Shown: positions 18,650 to 26,661 of the stretch, in pieces | Layout: every line of letters starts with the position of its first letter | How positions within the stretch are numbered: the stretch's first letter is position 1 | Origin: an uncultured Actinomycetes bacterium | Lineage (GTDB): Bacteria; Actinomycetota; Thermoleophilia; UBA2241 | Assembly: GCA_963767005.1 (NCBI GenBank) | Contig: CAVYCN010000019.1 | Location: forward strand, 63,611 to 95,610 | DNA: 32,000 nucleotides | Reading direction: 5' to 3' | Notes under the pieces: model-generated | Seen by the model: only the letters and a program-made list of their open reading frames with translations | Told to the model about the DNA's origin: nothing | Database searches by the model: none | Translations under genes and position numbers: made by a program

Positions 18650-20168
18650 TGTCCGCCTGGTGCAGGACGGCGGCGAAGCGTCCGTTCGCGACGGCCCGGG
18701 CCACGGCCTCGATCTCAGGCGCCAGGTAGCGGTCCTCGTCGAGGCGTGCCGCCATGCCCCGCACGATCTCGTGAGCCGCACCGGTGCCGGTGCCGGGCGC
18801 GAGCGGCGCGAGCAGGTCGATCGCCTGGGCCGCGCACAGCGCCTCGATCGCCAGGATCGAGCACACGTTGCGGGCCACCTGGAGGAGCTTGACGGCCGCC
18901 GTCATGCCCATCGAGACGTGGTCTTCCTGATCGCCCGACGAGGGGATCGAGTCGACGCTCGCCGGGTGGCAGAGGACCTTGTCCTCGGCGACCAGGGCGG
19001 CCGCCGTGTACTGGGCGATCATGTAGCCGTTGTTCAGGCCGCTGTCGGGGGTGAGAAACGGTGGCAGCTCCGACAGCGACGCCGTGAGCATCCGAAACGT
19101 GCGGCGCTCGCTGATGCTGCCGATCTCGGCGAGGCTCATGGCGGCGAGGTCGAGCGCGAGGGCGAGCGGCTCGCCGTGGAAGTTGCCGGCCGAGATCACG
19201 TCGCCCGAGTCGGGGAAGATCAGGGGGTTGTCGGTGACCGACTCGATCTCGACCTCCGCGACCTCGCGCAGCCAGCGCAGGGCGTCGCGGCAGGCGCCGT
19301 GCACCTGGGGGATGCAGCGGATCGAGTAGGCGTCCTGGACCTTGTCGCAGTTCAGGTGGCTCAGGATGATCTCGCTGCCGGCGGTCACGGCGCGCACGTG
19401 CTCAGCGGTGAGGAGCTGGCCTGGGATCGGCCGCAGGAGCTGGATGCGCTCCTCGAACGGTCCTACCGAGCCGCGCAGGCCCTCGAGGCTCATCGCGCCG
19501 ATCACGTCGGCCGAGTCGAGCAGGGCCTCGCCGTCGGTCACGGCGAGGCAGGCGATGGCGGCCATGAACTGGGTGCCGTTCAACAGCGACAGGCCCTCCT
19601 TGGCCTCGAGCGCGACCGGCGCGAGACCGGCGGCGGCCAGCGCCGGTCCCGCCGGCGCGCGCTCGCCGGCCGCGGTCAGGAGCTCGCCCTCGCCGAGCAT
19701 GGCGAGCACGAGGTGGGCCGACGGCGCGAGGTCGCCCGAGGCGCCGAGCGAGCCGCGCGAGGGCACCCAGGGCACGAGGTCCCCGTTCAGCATGGCGCAG
19801 AGCGCCTCGAGCACGCCGGCACGCACGCCCGAGTAGCCCTTGGCGATCGTGCTGGTGCGCAGCAGCATGGCCGCGCGCACGACGTCGCGGGGCAGCGGTT
19901 CGCCCACGCCGACCGCGTGGCTGCGCACGAGGTTGAGCTGCAGGCGGCGCACCTGGTCGACCGGGATGCGAGTGGTGGCGAGCTGGCCGAAGCCCGTCGT
20001 CACGCCGTAGACGACGCGGTCCTCGGCGATGATGCGCTCGACGACGGCGCGGGCCTCTTCGAGGCGGCGCCGGGCGACGTCGCCGAGCACGACCCTGCGA
20101 CCGCGGCGGGCGACGTCGGCGATGTCGGCGATCGTCAGGGGACGGTCGCCGAGGATGAGGTCGTTCAT
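18636..20168 (-). CDS. hutH: Histidine ammonia-lyase
   Basis: 510 aa with the MIO-forming 'GSLGASGDLAPSAHL' motif and full-length HAL/PAL-family similarity. ATG start preceded by GGGGGA. Confidence 0.9.
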   Translation of the reverse strand: MNDLILGDRPLTIADIADVARRGRRVVLGDVARRRLEEARAVVERIIAEDRVVYGVTTGFGQLATTRIPVDQVRRLQLNLVRSHAVGVGEPLPRDVVRAAMLLRTSTIAKGYSGVRAGVLEALCAMLNGDLVPWVPSRGSLGASGDLAPSAHLVLAMLGEGELLTAAGERAPAGPALAAAGLAPVALEAKEGLSLLNGTQFMAAIACLAVTDGEALLDSADVIGAMSLEGLRGSVGPFEERIQLLRPIPGQLLTAEHVRAVTAGSEIILSHLNCDKVQDAYSIRCIPQVHGACRDALRWLREVAEVEIESVTDNPLIFPDSGDVISAGNFHGEPLALALDLAAMSLAEIGSISERRTFRMLTASLSELPPFLTPDSGLNNGYMIAQYTAAALVAEDKVLCHPASVDSIPSSGDQEDHVSMGMTAAVKLLQVARNVCSILAIEALCAAQAIDLLAPLAPGTGTGAAHEIVRGMAARLDEDRYLAPEIEAVARAVANGRFAAVLHQADIAPA

Positions 20169-20253
20169 GGGGACATCCCCCTGTCCACGCTGTTGAGTCC
20201 GTCGCTTCAGCTTAGCTCAGGCGCGCCGCCACCGGCACCATGCAGGAGGCGGC

Positions 20254-21084
20254 TCAGCTCGCGGCGACCGGCACCATGAGGGGGATGACGACGGCCGCGC
20301 CGGCCCGGACGATCACTGCCTCGACCCGCCACACGCCGGGCAGCGAGAGCTGCAGGCCGCGCCCCGTCCAGGCGCCTGAGCCGGCCGGGCCCCGCCGCAG
20401 CGCGAGCGAGGCGCCCAGGCCCACGTGGCTGGGCAGCGTGAGCTCGGGGGTGACCGACCGGGCCGCGGCCGGCGTCGTGGAGCCGTAGCGGTCGGTCACG
20501 AGCATGAAGCTGTCCTCGCCGGCGACCGTCGGTGAGACCGTGAGGTGGACCGTGACGGTGGGCGGCACGTCGCTCGCGGAGCGCACGACGGCGTGGCGCG
20601 CGGGCGCGGCGAGCGTCGCCGGGCCGGCCGGCGCGAGGCCGGCCAGCACGGCGCTCGCCGCGAGGACCGCCGCGGCCACCGCGAGCTCGGCCCGCGCCGT
20701 GCGGCCGAAGCCGGCGCCCGCGCCGGGGTCGCGCGCCAGCGCCGGGACGAGGCGGAACCGGTTGCGGACGCCGAGCGCCACGAGCACGACGACAGGGCCC
20801 ACCTTGACGAGCAGGGTGACGCCGAAGCTCGTGTGCAGCAGCGCGCACGCCCCGGCCGGCGCCCGCGTGGCCGGCACGAGCAGCGACAGTGCAGCGCCGC
20901 CGAGCAGCGACAGGGGCCGGCCGAGATCGACCACGAGCTCGGCCGGCGTGCCCGGCACGGCGCGAGCCGGCGAGGCTCCCGGCACGGGGCGGCCGGCGGC
21001 GTCGAGGAGTCCGGCCGACGAGAGCCGCGGGTCGGGCGGTTCGCTGAAACGCAGCACGATGCGCTGCGGGGACTGGGCGAGCAC
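20254..21084 (-). CDS. CopC-domain / CopD-C-terminal-like copper-resistance-family membrane protein (atypically short; start uncertain)
   Basis: 'AVLAQSPQRIVLRFSEP...AELVVDLGRPLS' is the N-terminal half of a CopC fold. It is followed by about 3 TM helices ('HTSFGVTLLVKVGPVVVLVALGVRNRF') like the last helices of CopD, and then a beta-rich C-terminal domain (YtkA/FixH-like). In-frame signal-peptide-like sequence ('RRIAGCPARAALVAAGLICLWLWALAPPAAAHA') extends upstream to about 21210 with no ATG, GTG or TTG. Confidence 0.55.
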   Translation of the reverse strand: MLAQSPQRIVLRFSEPPDPRLSSAGLLDAAGRPVPGASPARAVPGTPAELVVDLGRPLSLLGGAALSLLVPATRAPAGACALLHTSFGVTLLVKVGPVVVLVALGVRNRFRLVPALARDPGAGAGFGRTARAELAVAAAVLAASAVLAGLAPAGPATLAAPARHAVVRSASDVPPTVTVHLTVSPTVAGEDSFMLVTDRYGSTTPAAARSVTPELTLPSHVGLGASLALRRGPAGSGAWTGRGLQLSLPGVWRVEAVIVRAGAAVVIPLMVPVAAS

Positions 21085-21284
21085 GGCGCCGGCGGCGGGA
21101 TCGCAGCCGATCAGCAGGGCGTGCGCCGCAGCCGGCGGCGCGAGCGCCCACAGCCAGAGACAGATCAGCCCCGCGGCGACCAGGGCGGCGCGCGCGGGGC
21201 AACCTGCGATGCGGCGGCTCGCCTCGTGCGCCGGGCCCCCGACGGGCCCGGCCCGGCAGCGAGCCGCCGGGTGCTAGCGGACGG

Positions 21285-21584
21285 TCACCGCCTGCGGCCG
21301 CGGCCTCCGCCCTCGCGCAGCTCGCGCCCGATCGTGGCGTACGGCAGGAGCGCCATCTCTCGCGCGCGCTTGACTGCGACGGCGACCTGGCGCTGGTGGC
21401 GGCGGCACGTTCCGGTCACGCGCCGCGACTTGATCTTGCCGCGCTCACTGACGCAGCGCCGCAGCGCGTCGAGGTCCTTGTAGTCGACCAGGACGACCTT
21501 GTCCTTGCAGAAGTGACAGTAGCGACGTCGGGCGGGGTCGACGGGGCGGCCTCGCTTGCGCGGTTTGGCTTTCGAGCTCGGCAC
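21285..21584 (-). CDS. rpsR: 30S ribosomal protein S18
   Basis: The sequence '[64 protein letters not shown]' is unmistakably S18. GTG start preceded by GAAGGGAA. It is not in an rpsF-ssb-rpsR-rplI context. Confidence 0.9.
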   Translation of the reverse strand: MPSSKAKPRKRGRPVDPARRRYCHFCKDKVVLVDYKDLDALRRCVSERGKIKSRRVTGTCRRHQRQVAVAVKRAREMALLPYATIGRELREGGGRGRRR

Positions 21585-21946
21585 GTTTCAGTTCCCTTCG
21601 TAGGTCGGCGTTTGCTGACGTTCCTGGGTCAGGCACACCTCGCGAAGCGCACACACCGCCCGCCGCCGCGACCGCGGGCCGGACGGCGCGCAGCGGCGCT
21701 TCGCTTCCGCGCGCACGAGTTGATAGACTACGCCGCCTTCGTGCCCAAACACAACTCGCTCCACACCACCCGGCTTGCCGCACAGCCGCCCAGACGTCCT
21801 CGCGCCCAGCCGGCGACGACAGGCCCAGAGCCGCAGCGAGGGCGACCACAAGCTAGCGGTAGTTCCGACGCCGTCGATCACCCCTTCCTTGCGGTCGCCG
21901 GGCGGCAGCCGCCCGCCGCGCGGCTCCATGCCCGCCGCGGCGACCG

Positions 21947-22013
21947 TCTCCGACGTTTGTCGCCGCGACCGGCTGCGACGCGTGCGGCGGCGGCTATCTC
22001 CGACGTTTGTCGC
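21947..22013. repeat. Two 17-bp direct repeats (TCTCCGACGTTTGTCGC), 50 bp apart, each containing the palindromic core CGAC-GTTT-GTCG
   Basis: The copies are exact, at 21947..21963 and 21997..22013. A third related imperfect palindrome, GTGACAAGTTGCCAC, lies at 22026..22040. All three sit upstream of the nucleotidyltransferase-like gene. Confidence 0.8.
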
Positions 22014-22134
22014 GACGGCCCTCTGGTGACAAGTTGCCACGATGAGGTCAGACCCCACACCGGCGCGGCCGTCTCCCACCGCCGCGGCGTCGCGACCCTC
22101 GGGCGGCACTCCGGCGCGCGACGACCGGCAGGCC

Positions 22135-22995
22135 ATGCACGACGAGGCGCGGGCCGTGATCGACGCGGCCCGCGCCGAGGGCATGACGATGCGACTGCTC
22201 GGCGGCCTCGGCGTGCGCGAGCACTGCCGCGACCTCGAGCTCTGCGCGCGCGACTACTCCGACATCGACATGGTCGCGCGGGCGTCCGAGTCGCGGCGGC
22301 TGCCCACCGTGTTCGCCCGCTTCGGCTACCACGAGGACTACGGCGTCGCCGGCGCGACCGGCAACGGCCAGCTACGGTTCGTGCGGCCCTGCCGCCACGG
22401 CGCCGCGCAGCGGCCCGCTCCGCACGACGACGACCACGTCGACGTCTTCCTCGACACGTTTCGCATGGACCACGTGCTCGCCCTCGGCGACCGCCTGCAC
22501 ATCGACCGGTACACCCTGGCGCCTTCCGACCTGCTGCTCACCAAGCTGCAGATCTTCAGGCTGACCGGCAAGGACGCGCGCGACGTCGTGACGCTGCTCG
22601 ACGCGCTCGAGGTGCACGGCCCGGCGGGACCGCCGGCGACCGCCACGACCGTGCGCGAGCCGGCGCCTGCGGCCGCCGCGACTGTACGTGGGCCGGCGGC
22701 GACGGCCGCCTCCGGCGCCGGCCGCGACGCGCGCCAGACGATCGACGCCGCCGCCATCGCCCGGCGCTGCGCCGCGGACTGGGGCCTCTTCCACGACGTC
22801 ACGACCAACCTGCAGCGGGTCGGCGAGCTGCTGCCGGGGTTCGCGCTCGACGACGCCGGCGCGGCGCGCGTGCGGCGCGGCCTCGCGCGTCTGGTCGGCG
22901 CCCTCGACGATGTGCCCAAGAGCCGGCGCTTCAGGTTGCGCGCCAGGATCGGCACCCGGGCGCCCTGGCACAGCGAGGTCGACGAGCAGGACTGA
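22135..22995 (+). CDS. Uncharacterised nucleotidyltransferase-fold protein (NTP_transf_5-like)
   Basis: 'MRLLGGLGVREHC...RDYSDIDMVA' fits the hGG...DxD minimal nucleotidyltransferase signature. 'DLLLTKLQI...KDARDVVTLL' resembles the helical companion domain. The ORF track starts at 22042, but third-position GC only becomes coding-like after the ATG at 22135. The start is uncertain. Confidence 0.5.
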   Translation: MHDEARAVIDAARAEGMTMRLLGGLGVREHCRDLELCARDYSDIDMVARASESRRLPTVFARFGYHEDYGVAGATGNGQLRFVRPCRHGAAQRPAPHDDDHVDVFLDTFRMDHVLALGDRLHIDRYTLAPSDLLLTKLQIFRLTGKDARDVVTLLDALEVHGPAGPPATATTVREPAPAAAATVRGPAATAASGAGRDARQTIDAAAIARRCAADWGLFHDVTTNLQRVGELLPGFALDDAGAARVRRGLARLVGALDDVPKSRRFRLRARIGTRAPWHSEVDEQD

Positions 22996-23039
22996 CGGGC
23001 ACGACCGACGGTCCGCTCCGGCCGCGACGACGGGCGGCG

Positions 23040-23495
23040 TCAGTGAGCGGCCGGAGCCGGCAGCTCGACGACCTGCCGGTAGCGACGCTCCACGAGAAAG
23101 CGGCGGACGCGCTGCTCCAGGTAGTCGCGCGCCGTCCGGAACGCGGTGAGGTCGTCGTCGTCGCTCGCCTGGGCGACTGGGTCGTCGACCGGCCAGTACT
23201 CGCGCGTGCCCACCCCGGGGAACATGGGGCAGGCCTTCTCGTCGCGGTCGCACACGGTGATCAGAAAGTCGAAGCGCGCCTTGCCCATGAACTCGTCGAG
23301 GCCCTTGGAGCGCTGGTCGGCGATGTCGACCCCGCGCTCGGCCATGACGGCCACCGCGCGCGGGTCCACACCATCGGCGGTCGAGCCGGCGCTCGAGGCC
23401 TCGAAGGCGTCGGGAGCGAGCACCCGCAGGAAGCCTACGGCCATCTGGCTGCGCACGCTGTCGGCGCTCGACAGAAAGAGGACGCTCTTCGCCAC
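23040..23495 (-). CDS. ArsC / low-molecular-weight phosphotyrosine-phosphatase family protein with a non-canonical P-loop
   Basis: I trimmed the ORF to the GTG at 23495, which is preceded by GGAGG. 'SVLFLSSADSVRSQMAVGF' aligns to the LMW-PTP/ArsC P-loop 'VLFLCTGNSCRSQMAEG', and 'DFLITVCDRDEKACPMFPG' aligns to the Cys82/Cys89 region of thioredoxin-coupled ArsC. Confidence 0.75.
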   Translation of the reverse strand: MAKSVLFLSSADSVRSQMAVGFLRVLAPDAFEASSAGSTADGVDPRAVAVMAERGVDIADQRSKGLDEFMGKARFDFLITVCDRDEKACPMFPGVGTREYWPVDDPVAQASDDDDLTAFRTARDYLEQRVRRFLVERRYRQVVELPAPAAH

Positions 23496-23540
23496 TGTCG
23501 CCTCCGTTGGACGAACGGTTTGTCTGTGATGGATAGTACC

Positions 23541-23582
23541 CAACACCAAACGGCCCGGGCGGCGACAGCGCCGGACGGGCCG
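23541..23582 (-). terminator. Putative intrinsic terminator of the pirin gene
   Basis: Read on the minus strand immediately after the stop codon: CGGCCCG-tcc-GGCG-ctgt-CGCC-gcc-CGGGCCG, followed by TTTGGTGTTG. This gives 7+4 bp stems and a U-rich tail. Confidence 0.5.
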
Positions 23583-24482
23583 TCAGCCGGACCGACCCTC
23601 GGTCCAGACGAAGGTGCCGTCGCGCAAGTCCGTCAGCGCCTGCTCGAGCTCGGCCCGCGTGTTCATGACGAACGGGCCGTAGCGGGCGATCGGTTCGCCG
23701 AGCGGCGCCCCCGAGATGAGCAGCAGCCGACCGCCCTGCACACCGGAGCGCATCGTCGCCTCGTCGCCGTCGCCCAGCACGGCGAGCGCCGGCGCCGACA
23801 CCAGGCCGGAGGCGTCGTCGGGCTCCCGCTCGCCGTCGCCGATCTCGGGTCCGAGCGCAACGCTCCCGCGGTAGACGTAAGCGAACGCGGCGTGACCACG
23901 CGGCACGGCCTGGGTGAACATGCTACGCGCCGGCAGCTCGACGTCGAGGTATCCCGGCTGGGCGTAGATCGCCGTCACCGGACCGCGCACCCCGTCGACC
24001 TCCCCGGCGACGACCCGGACGCGTACGCCGCCCGACCGCTCGACCACCGCGATCGCGGCCGCCGCGACGTCTTGGTAGCGCGGTCGCGACATCTTGAGCG
24101 CGGCCGGCATGTTGACCCAGAGCTGGAAGCCGGCCATGCGGCCGTCACGCGGGCGCGGCATCTCCTCGTGCATGATGCCGCCGCCGGCCGTCATCCACTG
24201 GGCGTCGCCGGGACCGATCGTGCCGGCGTTGCCGAGCGTGTCCTTGTGGTCGACCTCGCCAGCCAGCATGTAGGTCACGGTCTCGATGCCGCGGTGCGGG
24301 TGGAGCGGAAAGCCAGCCAGATAGTCGGCGGGGTCGTCCGACTCGAAGTGGTCGAGCAGCAGGAAGGGGTCGTGATAGTCGAGCGAGAGGCCGCCGATCG
24401 TGCGCAGCAGCCGCACGCCGGCGCCTTCGATCACCGGACGCGGGCGCACCACCCGCGCGACCTGCCTCACAAGCACCGCCAT
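23583..24482 (-). CDS. Pirin-family protein (bicupin, quercetinase-like)
   Basis: I trimmed the ORF to the ATG at 24482, which is preceded by GAAGGAGGGG. Motifs: 'DPFLLLDHF...GFPLHPHRGIETVTYMLAGEVDHKDTLGN...GDAQWMTAGGGIMHEEMP'. Confidence 0.85.
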   Translation of the reverse strand: MAVLVRQVARVVRPRPVIEGAGVRLLRTIGGLSLDYHDPFLLLDHFESDDPADYLAGFPLHPHRGIETVTYMLAGEVDHKDTLGNAGTIGPGDAQWMTAGGGIMHEEMPRPRDGRMAGFQLWVNMPAALKMSRPRYQDVAAAAIAVVERSGGVRVRVVAGEVDGVRGPVTAIYAQPGYLDVELPARSMFTQAVPRGHAAFAYVYRGSVALGPEIGDGEREPDDASGLVSAPALAVLGDGDEATMRSGVQGGRLLLISGAPLGEPIARYGPFVMNTRAELEQALTDLRDGTFVWTEGRSG

Positions 24483-24844
24483 GGCCCCTCCTTCGCACGC
24501 GTCGCCACCTGATGCCCGGCGAGCCACGGTGGGAAACGAGCGGCCGTCCCGGGACCCGCTCGGCGCCCGGGCCTGGCTCAGCCGCCGCGCGCCGCCGGCC
24601 GGCAGTCGCGCCAAGTCGGTCCGCCCCGACCGTCATCGTCGAGCAGCGTCGGGGCGACCTCGCCGGCTCGCGCGACCGCGAGGGCCTTGACTTCGGGCAC
24701 GCCGCGCCCGACACTTGGCCGGCCTCTCCGCGGGTCAAGTCGGTCGACCGGCGCTCCGATACCGCACAGCAACCACGCCTGCGCCGCCGCCCCGCGAGTG
24801 GCGCGAGGCCGCAGGGGACACGGGGTGCTCGAGGTGCAGGGAGC

Positions 24845-26521
24845 ATGAAGGACGGCCAGACCATCATCGCCGAGATCGGGGCCACGATCGCTTCGACTCT
24901 CGAGGTGGGCGACGTCATGGCCAGGATCGCCCGTCAGGTCGGTCAGGCGTTCGACGTCTACTCGTGCGACATCCACCGCTACGACGCCGAGAACGACCTG
25001 CTCACCTACCTCGCCTTCTGGGACCGCGAGCTCGAGCGCGGCGACGGACCCTGGGTCTGCGAGGCGCACCACCAGGTGAGCGAGCAGGTGACCGGCGAAC
25101 CGTTCCACCCCGACCTGCGACCGAGCTTCCTGCCCACCGTGCGCGAGGGCAAGATCGTCGAGGTCCACCGCGACGACCCCGGCCTGCCCGCGGCCGAGGC
25201 CCGCGAGATGGACCGCTGGAGCGAGAAGTCCACGCTGGACGCGCCGCTCGAGTTCGACGGCAGGATCATCGGCGTGCTCGGCCTCGTCGAGACCGCCTCG
25301 TGCCGACGCTTCACGCCCGACGAGATCGAGCTCTTCGCCCAGGTCGCCGTGCTCGCGGCCATCGCCATCCGCAACGCCGATCTGTTCACCGAGCTCGAGC
25401 AGCAGAACCGCTCGCTGCACTCGCTGCTCAAGGCGAGCCGGGCGCTCACCTCGACGGTCGGGCTCGACGAGACCCTGACCGTCATGGCCCGCTCGGCCGC
25501 GGAGGCCCTGAACGTGCCGGGCAGCGCCATCTACGAGTACCTCACCGACGAGCGTGCCCTGGTGCCGCGCACCTCGTTCGGCGCGGCCGAGATCGAGCAG
25601 GCCAACGTGCCCATCCCGATCGAGCGCCACTCGGGCGACCGCCTGGCGCTCGAGCAGCGCGAGATCGTGCTCGAGCGGGTGACCGACGAGTCGGTGCCGG
25701 CGCACGTGCGGCAGGCCATGCGCGCCGCCGGCGAGCTGACCCACCTGCACGTGCCCCTGGTCTACGGCGATCACCTGCTCGGCACGATGCTGCTCGTCGA
25801 GCGCTCCGGGCAGCGCGAGTTCACCTCGTATGAGCTCGAGATGGCTCGCGGCCTCGGCGAGCATGCCGCCGCCGCCCTGCACGCCGGACGCGCCTACCAG
25901 GCCATGCAGGTCCAGGCCCTGACCGACGGTCTGACCGGGCTGTTCAACTACCGCCACCTGAACGACCGCTTGCGCGAGGAGACGGCGCGCTTTCGCCGCT
26001 ACCGCACGCCGCTCTCGCTGCTCATGTGCGACGTCGACGACTTCAAGCAGTTCAACGACACATACGGCCACCAGGCCGGCGACGCCGCCCTCGTCGCGGT
26101 CGCGCACGTCCTGAGCGACACGCTGCGCGCCGACATCGATGTCGTGTGCCGCTACGGCGGCGACGAGTTCGCCGCCCTGCTGCCCAACACGCCGCTCGAC
26201 CACCAGACCGGCGGCGACGGCGCGCCCACGGGCCGCGAGAACGTGCGCTCCGAGGGCGCCATGGCGACGGCCGAGCGCCTGCGGGCGGCCGTCGAGGAAC
26301 GCGCCCGCGACCTCGTCACGCCGCCGCTCGCGCGGGCCATCACGATCAGCGTGGGTGTTTCGTGCATCGCCGCCGAACCGCACACCCCCGAGGAGCTCGT
26401 GGCCGCCGCCGACCGCGCGCTCTACCAGGCCAAGCGGCGCGGCCAGGACCGCGTCGAAGCCTGCACGCCCGAGCACGAGCGTACGGCGCCCGCCGCGCCG
26501 GTGTCCGTCCCGGGCGCCTGA
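24845..26521 (+). CDS. GAF-GAF-GGDEF diguanylate cyclase
   Basis: I trimmed the ORF to the ATG at 24845, which is preceded by AGGGAG. It has two GAF-like blocks followed by 'LTGLFNYRHLNDRL...LLMCDVDDFKQFNDTYGHQAGD...CRYGGDEFAALL'. The I-site position reads ADID rather than RxxD. Confidence 0.85.
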   Translation: MKDGQTIIAEIGATIASTLEVGDVMARIARQVGQAFDVYSCDIHRYDAENDLLTYLAFWDRELERGDGPWVCEAHHQVSEQVTGEPFHPDLRPSFLPTVREGKIVEVHRDDPGLPAAEAREMDRWSEKSTLDAPLEFDGRIIGVLGLVETASCRRFTPDEIELFAQVAVLAAIAIRNADLFTELEQQNRSLHSLLKASRALTSTVGLDETLTVMARSAAEALNVPGSAIYEYLTDERALVPRTSFGAAEIEQANVPIPIERHSGDRLALEQREIVLERVTDESVPAHVRQAMRAAGELTHLHVPLVYGDHLLGTMLLVERSGQREFTSYELEMARGLGEHAAAALHAGRAYQAMQVQALTDGLTGLFNYRHLNDRLREETARFRRYRTPLSLLMCDVDDFKQFNDTYGHQAGDAALVAVAHVLSDTLRADIDVVCRYGGDEFAALLPNTPLDHQTGGDGAPTGRENVRSEGAMATAERLRAAVEERARDLVTPPLARAITISVGVSCIAAEPHTPEELVAAADRALYQAKRRGQDRVEACTPEHERTAPAAPVSVPGA

Positions 26522-26661
26522 GCCCCCAGCGCGACGCGCGGGGCGTCTCCAAGACTGACGAAGGGTTCCGTACCATCCTCTCCTTGACGACCGCGCCGCG
26601 GCTTGGTACAAGCCGGGCAAGCTCGCAAACGTCGAGATCGCACGTCGCTCAGGGGGGAACC

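Noticed and set aside
21588-22184. 198-aa minus-strand ORF covering the rpsR-upstream non-coding region, and an 84-aa plus-strand ORF at 21775..22029.
   Set aside because: Neither has recognisable motifs or an RBS. Their composition is off-frame-like (Arg/Ser/Pro-rich), and the minus-strand ORF overlaps the nucleotidyltransferase-like gene start.
23040-24482. The ArsC-like gene plus pirin as an arsenic-resistance or redox operon.
   Set aside because: There is no arsR, arsB/acr3 or arsA nearby. A good terminator hairpin (23541..23582) separates the two genes, and the ArsC-like protein lacks the catalytic cysteine.
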